A stretch of DNA of 64,000 nucleotides from Podospora anserina. Its lineage: Eukaryota. A program made the position numbers and the translations under genes. Below, piece by piece: positions 24,210 to 34,432 of this stretch (the first letter of the stretch is position 1; every line of letters begins with the position of its first letter). The stretch lies in NCBI GenBank assembly GCA_017654855.1, contig CM030332.1:6758001-6822000 (forward strand), written 5' to 3'. The notes under the pieces were generated by a model. The model saw only the letters and a program-made list of their open reading frames with translations. It was not told where the DNA came from and did not search any database.

Positions 24210-25350
24210 CTTCCAACTCCCGATTTGCCTTTGCAACGAAGATATTTGACCATCTTCCTCACCATCATTTGGCGAGCCAAGCTAGCGGGAGTTTCGGGGT
24301 AAAGTATTCCGCTGCTGACCAGGTTGAGAGTCTGCTGAAATCTAGCTCGAATAGTCCTCAGGGGAAGTGCCCCTGTTGGGTGATTCCACGCCTCCCTCTT
24401 CCATCATTGTCAAGAAGAGGTCCCATTGATTTTCGAGAAATTCATCGTCCTTGGGGTGTGATAAAACGATTTCAAGGGGAGACAACTTGAGAGAGGTTGA
24501 TGGGTCTACTTCAACCGCAGTCTGACAGGGCGACAGTGAAAGTTGCTCCTTGGAGTTCTGGTGAAAGGGCACAGAGGGATCGTCTGTCCAAGGAGCCCAG
24601 GGTGCACCCGCGCGGATGAGAACCTTGGCGAGATCGGTATGTGTGATGTCGAGGGCAGCCTGCTGGAGGGGCGTAACCTTCGAGGCTTAGGTGTGAGTCC
24701 ACCTTCTGCTGAGTAAAATACTGGGTCGGGGGTTCTAATGATGCGGCGATCGAAAGGCTGCTGAAGAACTTTGGCTCATTGCTTCATAAGATCTTGCGCG
24801 CGAATAAATGAGAAAGATTTGAGTGCTGATAGGTCCTCTATGCCTCGTTGTCGTACACCCCTTTGTCCAGCAAAACCTGGAGATTTCGTCATAGATAGCC
24901 TAGATGAGCGGCAATTCCTAGCGGGTCTATCTGGACGGTTGCCAATGAGTTGTACCTCACTTCGGATCCTAAAGATGGGAGCTCGATGTTCGTTGAGGCA
25001 GCCTCAAGGTAGAGTTCCGTGATATCTTTGACCATCTCAAGATTCCCAGCTGCAACCGCGAGCTGCAGTGGGGAAGGAGAGCTCACCATGCCGTGCAGCC
25101 TGTCGTAAACTTCGCATACAGACGTCGATGGCAAATTTTCCTTCCAGTTTTTGATTTCCTAAAGCAGCTTGATGAGTCCGAACTTTCTGTTGGGCGTCAT
25201 GATGGTCATCATTTTCCTCCTTAGAGATGAAAGTCGCAAGAGGAAGTCGGAGATACTGGATAAATGTGCTAGTCCCAGCCGACCAGTGTGGTGAGTACCT
25301 AAGACTGTTCCTTGAATTTGAAATGGATGTTGAGCGCCAGAACTGAGGGA
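24210..25350 (-). pseudogene. Degenerate ankyrin-repeat gene
   Basis: Ankyrin-like pieces in shifting frames: PLQLAVAAGNLEMVKDI, PLGIAAHLGYL*RNLQVLLDKG (stop inside a repeat at 24889), TPLQQAALDITHTDLAKVLIRAGA (~24600-24680) and TPASLARQMMVRKMVKYL (~24240-24295). Boundaries are approximate. Confidence 0.7.
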
Positions 25351-25522
25351 GAGCTTGTGGAACGAAAAAAAATAAAAATGAATGAAACTCATGGAAAAGA
25401 AGAAGTAAATGGGTGTCGAGCGGAAGATCAGTGCCACATTAAGATCTCAGTCGTCTGGTGGCCATTGCGATGAAAATGAAGGAAGAGCCGTCATTGCTAC
25501 AGGAGCGTCGCCTCGAGAGCAA

Positions 25523-25553
25523 GCTCAGGCTGTGGCTCAGGCTGTGGCTCAGG
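25523..25553. repeat. 12-bp tandem repeat (GCTCAGGCTGTG) x ~2.6
   Basis: gctcaggctgtg gctcaggctgtg gctcagg. Confidence 0.75.
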
Positions 25554-25992
25554 ATACACAGACCACTGCTATTATTGACAGGATGTGAAAAGGATGGGGC
25601 CTATAAACCAACTGGAGTAGGCCCTATTCACTTGCTGTAATTTGATTTATTTATAAATGATAGCGTTGGCAGCAGGTCAAGTTTGCTGTCGGACCCTTCA
25701 CCCACCTTTTCACCTTTTCTTTTCTTTTCATCGCCCTCTCGCAACCTTTTCTGCAACCCTTTCCTCAAGCTTTTACGTCCTTTTCTTCGATCTAGGTTTT
25801 CCTGACCTTTTTTTCGTCCTTCTCCTCCACCTTCAAGTTTTCCTCGACGTTTTTCTCAACGTTTCTACCGACTTTTCATCTCGTTACCGGCCAACCATTC
25901 CATGCAGAGCTCATAAGTTTCACATCTGGGACTTCTTCAAGTCTTGCCTATTTTCCTCATCATATATATCCTACACCATCCAAATAAAAACT

Positions 25993-27210
25993 ATGGGTGG
26001 ACCGCCCACCAAGAGGCGTAAGGTCTAAAACCCTTCCAGCCGCAATGATCACAAGTCACCGTGTCAGGGAGAGCATCTCGCCAGAGCCGACGACTACGCA
26101 CACCCTCAATCGCATCGAGAAGCTACCCCCAGAACTCCTGCTCCAGATCAACAAGTCGCTTGAGTCGTACGCAAGGGCCGCGCTTGCCTTAACCAGCCGC
26201 ACGATGCTGGCCGAAATCAGCCCCCACTGCCTCCGCCTCTCAGGAAAGGACCTCTACAACCTGTTAGCCCTTGTTGAGAAACAGGGCATCTACCCAGACG
26301 ACATTCTATGGCCCACATGCGTCAAATTCCATTCGTCAATCTCACCCACGGCCCATGCATTGCGAGCCTGCGGAAAAGACATTTTCAAGCCAGGGTGGAC
26401 AAGAGGAAGCGCAGAGCTCCCAAATCAGCCTCGGTTAGCTCCCAGCATCATCAAGCTCCGATGTGTCGTCACTATCCCCTTCAACTTGGCGAGCGCAGTG
26501 ATGCGCTCCCACAATCTCGCCATTAGACCTCCTGTGGTCGCAGCCAACGACCTTGATTGCCAGTTCAACCGAATATCATCGTGCCCCAATAGATCTTTCG
26601 AGTGGAAGTTCGACACCAAATGCGCCTTTCGCGTCGGGAGAGTCACTGACCCAGAAACCGGGTCAGAAGAATCACGCCTCTTAACGAAGCAAAGCACATA
26701 CGTCTCCCCGGTCGTTGTGACAGCGGCTCACGGCTTGAAACGCGCTAGCATCGACCTCTTGCGACAACTTGAGGGCGAATTTAACGGCGACACAGGAAGG
26801 TGCTCTTGCTGTTCTGCAGTGCACCTCCAAAGCGACCATCTGGAATGTTTTTGAAATCGAAAGTCCCGCTGAAATGAGCTGCCCGTGTTTCTGGGATGAA
26901 GAGAAAGATTGCAACCCTTTTCATCAGCCCACCGGATGGAAAGAAGCCGTTTCCGCACACCATCGACACATGTGCTTCTTGTGGCTCTAACTGCTGGTTC
27001 AATGCCGAGGTGCCTCCCGACGGGCACAAGATGGTCTGCGAACTGGTTATATGGAAGGATCTCAGAGATTGCAGAACGTGGCTGAGAGGGAGGAAGTGCA
27101 GGAGGAGACAGAGCAGTGATCAACAGGTTCAGGGAGAGGAGTATCTGGAGAGCTATTCTGGGTATCCGATTCAGCCATTCAAATACTTATTTTTCAACAA
27201 GGCATCTTGA
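25993..27210 (+). pseudogene. F-box-like protein gene broken by frameshifts
   Basis: F-box-like IEKLPPELLLQINKSL..AALALTSRTM in ORF 25997-26854. A C-terminal C-x2-C..LVIWKDL block typical of fungal F-box orphans lies in a different frame (26896-27210). No credible introns link them. Confidence 0.6.
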
Positions 27211-29193
27211 TACACAGTATTCCGGACATGGGTCTCGATGGACACACCGGACAAACTGCCCAGGGAGGAATCAAGGTCGCGTATCGACGTCACGAACTAC
27301 GGCATCTCATAAAGATTGTCATGGGAAGATCAAGGGGAACAACGACCCAGTGTTGTAGTCAAAACACGGAGCTTTTTTGCGGCTAGACAACATTGCAATC
27401 CGTTGATAGCCTGCAATATCTTTATTCGCCAACCCGTCAAAAAATACCCAGGTGCCTAGGAATCATCCTTCAGGACTTTCGGTGTGCAATGCCGATTATG
27501 TTTGCCCTTGATGTGATAAGATCAGCCTTGTAATATCCACAACCGGGCATTCAAGCGGTCCAAATGCTATTGTCTTGTTGGACCGAATCGGTCAAGTCTT
27601 CGAGGTATACGTAAAAAATGGAAAGATGAAACTCAGCGCCGGACTTTGACTCCATGGCGGTATACGTTCACACCAAGTCCTCAATCTAGTCATGCCCTCC
27701 GCTGCTAACCTTGTTATGGTGTTTCTCCCGGCGTACCTCGCATTTGCCTCTGACTAGGTAGAGGATCCTTTTCCATGTTCCGTCCCACGGCACGCCCTGG
27801 ACAAAATAACTGCTATTGCCAGCTAGTAAAACATGTGGTGACTGTCAACTCACACCTTTTGAAATAGAAACCAGGCCTCTTGGCTATCCATTCAAGGCCT
27901 ACTGACCATCCTTTTGGGCTTGTTGGCTCAGTATCTTTGAAAGAGTTCCGGTTGTTTTCCGAAGCGTGGTTCGGCATGTCAGCTTGTGCTGACTTACTTA
28001 CCAGTCTCAGTTTGTTTATCCACAGCGTGCATGGTTACGTACAAGCAACAGATATCACTGCAATAGTCGAACTAATTCTGCCGTGGGAGGCACTCATGCT
28101 TTCCGCTAGCCGTTGCTAGCTCTATTTTGAGGGGTGAAACTCCGACCCCAGCATCATTCAGTCCACTGCTTTTTGCGTACCTTGAACCACATGACCCACG
28201 AAAGCATGAGGTTGTGCTTTGCTTGGGCCGAAAAGCAGAATGACTGGTTCGAGGATGTGAGGTGATACGGAACAAATGCCGTCTAGCCGTCTAACATGAA
28301 GCATTTTGTCAAGGTTGACTGAACCCTTCCGGGAACGGTGATTTCAAAACTCCCAGAAACCGGGTAGAGTCCAGGGGTCAAAGTTCCCGGTTGGGGCCAA
28401 AGCGCCAGCACCTGTCAGCACCATTGCCTCTTGGCATCCTTCTGACGCCCCGGGAAGCACTCCGGTGTGCACCAAGCTTTCTAATTACGACGGTATGGGC
28501 TTAATGCGCTGTATGTAAGGCTGACTTCCTGGCAGCCAATTGTCATAGCCGCTACCAAACTTCAGTACATACCTAGGTAGATACCTAGATAGGTAGGTGT
28601 ATTGGATGTCGCTGAGGAACATTGGAGTGGGGGCCCTTAGCAATCAAGATCTTTCACCTCTGCTATCAACTGTTCTTGCTGCCATCCATGTGTTCAAGAA
28701 CCTGTCAAAGTATACTCCACGACGTGGAGGCATACGTACATGAATGGCGAACTAAATCTCCGACCCCCTGGTGATATAGTAAGAACACGAAGCATGTAGC
28801 GCGTCTGCGTACACTTATACAGAGCCCTGTAAGGTATAGTTGGGTAACATCAAAGGATCCGACTTGTCATCTTCAATCTGTGTGTTCAAGTCAATTTTTG
28901 TTGCCGAACCTTACAAGTGCTGATCACCGGGGTAGGAAGCCATCGTGAGTGGTTAGCTACATGTCACTAGGGTTCTCCGTATTCGTGATGCCTTGGTGAA
29001 AATCCAATCAAGCACACACATAACCACTTAGACAGGAATGGCATACAGCACACCTCAACCATGATCGATCGGAAGATAAATAGGAGCGCCATCCCGCCAT
29101 ACCCATCGTCTCAGTCGCTCACCATCCAGCCTTCACTCAGCCCTTCTCGTCATATCTTAAACTCTTCGCCTCCAGAAACAAGTCTCCATCACG

Positions 29194-30347
29194 ATGACCC
29201 CATCCAAGTCTCAGTTGCTGACTTCAGCTACCGTCGCGCTCCTGGCCAGCCAGGGTGCTTTGGGCCAGCAGCTCACCAAGCCAATCCTCAACCCTGAGTA
29301 CGACCTCGGTGCCATGTCCCAGGCATTCTTGCCCCATCTCATTGCACCGGCCGCGACAAGCATCAACAAATGGCCCTGGGGGAAGCTTCCTGCATTCTGC
29401 AAATCCGAATCCATCCACGAGGGCTTTTCCGCCTACGACATGGAGGTCTATGAGGTTACCTTTGCGGACTGTAGCCAGCCTTGGTACATGTGCCGCCACA
29501 ACGGGTCGACAATGTCGGTGGGCGGTATGATCAACGCGTTTGGGTCCCTTCCTGTGGGAACCAGAGACTTCATCCGTCATATTGTTGGTGAGTTTTTGGT
29601 GGTTTTGGCAGCCGAATAGGAATAACTCTGACATCTGAATAGTCTTCCCCGGTTTCATGACACCCGGTGTTGCTGCTCACGCCAAGTAAGCTGCTCTCTG
29701 TCTCTTCAACGTACAGGACTGACAAAGTCAAAGATCTGGATCGGGTGATCTCATGTTTGGTCAAAATTACCTCGACACCAGTCTCTGGATCCACGAATCA
29801 GGCCACATCTTCGACCGCCAGCATGGTGGAAACGGCGACTATTCCGCCACCTCTGCCTGGCTCAACGCCTACAACTCCGACTCGCATCTTCCCACCGGTT
29901 ATGCCAACACCAGTAAGCCATGCCCGTTATTGTCTTTGGAAAGTTTTGAGAACGAGTGTACTGATTGAAACCACAGACCAAGCCGAGAACTTTGCCGAAC
30001 ATGTTATTCTGGCCACATACGACAACGTCGTGCCCGGTGGTCTGGCCGGCATTCCCGCGCCCACCCCCAACCACCTGGCTGTCCAAAACCAGTACACCAA
30101 TGTCAAGAATCTCCTGGGCAACAAGATCCGCAAGGTCACTGGCGCGACTTGCAATCGCCAGCCCACCCCCTTGATCGGCATTACCAGCCCTGTTGTCTGC
30201 ATGGGACCTGATGCTTTGGCTCAGGGTGCTTGTGTCGGTACACCCAACATGAAGAGGGATGAGAACGGCCATGACGCTCTCATTGCCGCTGCCGAGAAGG
30301 AGCCTGGTATTTATGAGCCCGCGAGCCGCTGGACCGAGTCGGCTTAA
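29194..30347 (+). CDS. Secreted conidiation-specific protein 13 (con-13)-like protein with HExxH motif, 4 exons
   Basis: Signal peptide. Introns 29588-29642, 29686-29733 and 29913-29976 give a continuous frame: EVTFADCSQPWYMCRH, FGSLPVGTRDFIRH, WIHESGHIFD, YANTNQAENFAE. Confidence 0.75.
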
Positions 30348-31213
30348 TTGTTGTTGTTAGTGGCTGGGATGGAATGGGAGGGGTTTGAAGGGTGTGAACA
30401 GACTGCATTGATAGCTTAACCACCGGGTGAGTGACATGGTGGGATGGTGTTTGTCAATTGAATCAATCAAATCTGTTGGATGACTGTTATGTTTGCTTTT
30501 ATTGGCGGTGAGCCATGTTGCGGCCCAGGTGCGATAAGTTTGAACCTTGCGGTGTGCTGGCTGAGCTTGTGAAAAATGAAGGCTTTGGAGCACCGAGGCA
30601 GTCACAGATACTGGCTTTGGAAAAAGCAGAAGCAGCTCTGGATGGAAGTAGCGATATGAGATTCATCAACGGGCAATGCTGCTTGTTCTTCTTGCATAAT
30701 GACCGCATACCTTGCTCTCTGCAAATACCTCAACGAGAATTAAAATATTCACATGTGAGCTGCGTTCCAAAGTCCCAACAAACCCAATTCCGCCCACCTC
30801 GGTAATCTATCTCCTGGGAAATCACTGCGATATTGGTGGTGGCCAAGTCGACCCAGCCCTATGGGCGGAATGGGCTATGCCTTATCACGGCCCTTGGATG
30901 CATGGGATGAATATGTTGTCCGGTTATCCTGTTCTCATCTTTGTCCTCTTGTTTGCTCATGTGCTAACTGGATGTAGTTAGGCACTCATCAGCCCTGTGC
31001 ACGGGGATAGCCGACGCCATCATGAGGGTGTCACAGCCAAGACTGCTGCGGCCTCCAAACACCTTTGTCCGATTGGGCAAGGCGTCCTGTGATACAAGTA
31101 TGGCGCGTGTCATAAGAACCATGGGTTGCGGCTGGGATTTCAAGTCGACGACATTGCAGACCTGATCGTCGGGTTTCGTCAGTTGCGTTTCTAAGAGGCA
31201 TTGCAGCTGTTCA

Positions 31214-33055
31214 ATGTCCATGATGAGCGACAAACCCAAGCCAGCCGAGCTGCTGAGTGCGGCAGCAGTTGAATCCCAGTCAACAACTCAGCCAGCAACT
31301 GATTTGCCACATGAATCGCAAACAATCAAACCAACAGAAGCAGGAAAAGCACCACCAACCGAGCCATCAGCAGCGCCATCAACCGAACCACCAGCCTACA
31401 CTGACAATCCCTACATCACCAATGGAAATACTAACACTCAAGCTCCCACAGGGGAGATCGACTTCCCCATTCTAGATCCCGGGACTGCCCGTCTCAGAAT
31501 CGAAAACCAGAACCTCTACGCCATGGATCTTGAGCACCAAAACCTCCACGCCCTTCTCGACCGCTTCGTCGTAGACCCAGGCTTCTCCCCCGACGCCCCC
31601 CTCCCAACTTACACCCCACTCGACTCTGCCTTCATCCCCTCCTTTCTTACCCACCTCCCCTCCCTCTCCACCCTCCTCTCCCTCCCCCTGACAACCTACC
31701 CCTCCCCCCCCTACCCCTACTATTCCTCCCGCGACCGGCGCACCATCCACCCCTCCCGCACCAGCTCCCCCTTGGCCGCCTTGGAAGACGAGGACCTCAG
31801 ACGCCGATACCACACCCTCCAACAGCAAATCATCTCCACCTTCTTCCACGCCATCGCCCACGGCAAAAACACCGAGCTCGTCACCCAGTTTGTCAAGTCT
31901 GGTTTCATCTCCCCCGACTGTCCCAACGCACTGGGCGCAACCCCCCTCACGGCCGCCATCGAGGCCGGAAACGGGCAGATGGTCTGTCACTTGATCTCCC
32001 TCGGTGCGCAGGTCAACGGGTACGGGAAACTACCCTCCGGCAGCCTCCGCTACAAGGGAAAGCATGGGGACTTGATGCTCGAGCGGACACCGCTCATGGT
32101 TGCCGCCAAGAATGGGAACCTGGCCTTGGTGAAGCTGTTGGTGGAGGATTTTGGGGCGGACGACGGGATAATTGCTCCGGACGGGCAGCTAGCCCTGCGG
32201 CTGGCGGCGGAGGGGGGGCATAGGGAGGTGGTCGAGTACCTGCCGACGAGAAGGGGGGGCGCGTGGAGGAGGTGGAAGACGCATCACAGTGTTGCTGTGG
32301 AGAGAGTCAGAAAAGCAGGGAGGAAGATTGTGAGGTTTGTGTGGTTTTTTGTGTGGGATCTGCCGAGGTTTCTGGCTTGGAGTGTGCCGAAGCATACGAT
32401 CATCAGACCGGCGGTGAAGACGGTGAAGTATTGCTGGGAGAATAAGGGGCGGTTCGGGGGGTGGGCGAAGAGGCAGGTGAAGGAGTTTCCCGGGAGAGTG
32501 AAGAGGGCGGGCAAGGGGGTTTGGGAGGGGGTGAAGAAGTTGCCGAGGGGGGTTTGGGAGGTGATGAAGGAAATTCCGGGAGTGATGAAGAGTTTGGGGA
32601 AGTTTATCTGGAAGATTGTCAAGAAGATTCCGGAGGTGATGAAGAATCTGCGTATCTGGATATGGACGACGATGAAGAGGATGGGGGTGGCAGTGGGGAA
32701 CGTGTTTTTGAGGGTGGTGTCGGTTCTTCATACGGCTGTGGCAGCTGTGCTGGGTTATTTTAGGAGTATTTCTTTGAAGGATGTATGGAATGGGATCAAG
32801 GCTGTCTTTCGGGCTGTTTTTGTCGGATTGCCAGAGGCAATTTGTAAGGCAGTTGTTGGCTTGGGCAAGTGTGTGGGTATAAGTATTGTCGCCTTGTTTG
32901 GGCTCACAGGGCAGGTGCTGGTTTTCCTGTTTGAAGCCCTCTGCTGGGTGGCCGCATACATCCCGAATCAGCTTGGAAAGATCGTCAGCGCGATATGGGC
33001 GTCGATCTCTAAGGGATATTATGAGATCATGGTGTGGATCAACCCGAAGCATTGA
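31214..33055 (+). CDS. Ankyrin-repeat protein with C-terminal amphipathic helical repeats
   Basis: 613 aa ORF with ankyrin repeats TPLTAAIEAGNGQMVCHLISLGA, TPLMVAAKNGNLALVKLLVE and LALRLAAEGGHREVVEYL. The C-terminal half is K/W/hydrophobic and periodic. Confidence 0.88.
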   Translation: MSMMSDKPKPAELLSAAAVESQSTTQPATDLPHESQTIKPTEAGKAPPTEPSAAPSTEPPAYTDNPYITNGNTNTQAPTGEIDFPILDPGTARLRIENQNLYAMDLEHQNLHALLDRFVVDPGFSPDAPLPTYTPLDSAFIPSFLTHLPSLSTLLSLPLTTYPSPPYPYYSSRDRRTIHPSRTSSPLAALEDEDLRRRYHTLQQQIISTFFHAIAHGKNTELVTQFVKSGFISPDCPNALGATPLTAAIEAGNGQMVCHLISLGAQVNGYGKLPSGSLRYKGKHGDLMLERTPLMVAAKNGNLALVKLLVEDFGADDGIIAPDGQLALRLAAEGGHREVVEYLPTRRGGAWRRWKTHHSVAVERVRKAGRKIVRFVWFFVWDLPRFLAWSVPKHTIIRPAVKTVKYCWENKGRFGGWAKRQVKEFPGRVKRAGKGVWEGVKKLPRGVWEVMKEIPGVMKSLGKFIWKIVKKIPEVMKNLRIWIWTTMKRMGVAVGNVFLRVVSVLHTAVAAVLGYFRSISLKDVWNGIKAVFRAVFVGLPEAICKAVVGLGKCVGISIVALFGLTGQVLVFLFEALCWVAAYIPNQLGKIVSAIWASISKGYYEIMVWINPKH

Positions 33056-33348
33056 GTTTGGTATCATGAATCTCGGGAGTGGGAGGACGGTGGTTATGGA
33101 CCATAGATACCCTTTTTACTTTGCAAAGATTTTTTTGAGCCTCATGTATCATAGCAAGCCTCTCATTGTGTTAATCAGCCCCTATCTCGTTCGCGTCACC
33201 TCCAAATCAACAGTATCAACCCTCCTGTAAACAAAAGCCAACCAACGCCATGGGTATCTGCATGTGGGTATCATTTAATGCAACCGAAACCAATGCAAAC
33301 CACAAATCCCCTGTGTTATTCCTATATCCCCCCAAATCCAAACGCAGT

Positions 33349-34432
33349 CTAGGAACCCTCCTCATCATTCAAATCAGCCCAGTCCAGCCCTGGATAGTAT
33401 GCCAAATCCACCAGCTCGTGCTCACTTCCCTCCGGTGTCGTCAACCTGATCACTGGCGCTCCACCACTAGTGGCCGGGTCGGCCCGAGTGGGGGGCGCGG
33501 AAAGCTTGTGCCAAATGCACTTTGACAGTGTTTCAGCTATCCCATTATTGATCTCGTCCTGCCGCTCCTCGTTATCGAAATCCCGGACAACGCCAAGTTT
33601 TCCATCACAGACGGCTGTCTGGTCGTTTGGGCGGAAAGCAAAGGAGAGGGTGATTCCCGTGCCAGTGGCAATGCCGGTGACGGTTATTGGGTTGGAAGAG
33701 TTGATTGTGTCAGCGGAGGGGGGTTGAATCGTCAACGATCTCGGGTTCAGAGTCTTGTATCTGAAGCTGTTGAAGGTCGGCTTGAAGAAGGGACTCTGAC
33801 TCGGGCTGGCGGTGTTTGTTTGGAGCAAGGGATTGCGGAGTCTGCCCCTGCTGATGGCTGACGACTTGATGGTCCGGTGGAAGATGGCGTGATGGTTGAT
33901 TTGTGAAAGTGTAGTTGTTCTCAAAAGATACCTGAGAAGATCTGTCCTCTTCTGTGGGCTTGTTCTCTGTTGCCAGGGTCTCAGGCTCTTCTCTCTTCTC
34001 AGTCCCGAGAGAATCTTGTGAGAAAGCCTCGGCAGGGCAGAGATGATGCTCGATCCCACACTGACGAGCAACCCTGGGAGCAGTTTCATTGTGGAGGTTG
34101 TCCGGAGGGAGAATCGTCTGTTCCTCATCCGCAGATCCCTGGCTGGTTTCCTCTGTTGTAGGGGGTCGAACATGTCGCTTTTGGACGGTTCCAAAGGGGC
34201 TCTAAGTGCGACCGCATTCTGATGAGCTCCAGGAGTCTTCGTCGCCATACGGAGCTGACTTGGCTACAATCTCGTGAAGCTTGGCCATGTGCGGCGCGCT
34301 TGCAGCCGCCTTCATGTACGCCTCCTTTAGTCGCAAGCAGGCGTCCAGGGCTTCAACGTTGGCAGTTGAGGCATCTGGGGGCGTGGTGGTCGCACGGGGC
34401 TCTGTCGCGGGTGATGAATTGCTGGAGTCCAT
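33349..34432 (-). CDS. Hypothetical gene interrupted by an in-frame TAG (34202-34204) and a probable +1 shift at a C6 run (33718-33723); editing-dependent gene or pseudogene
   Basis: ATG at 34432 opens 76 codons to a TAG. The same frame then stays open for 163 more codons to TGA at 33710. A C-terminal APVIRLTTPEG..LVDLAYY segment lies in the +1 frame ending at 33349. Confidence 0.55.

Noticed and set aside
28568-28600. TACCTA/TAGGTA-rich quasi-palindrome
   Set aside because: Low-complexity intergenic motif with no terminal repeats or target-site duplication.
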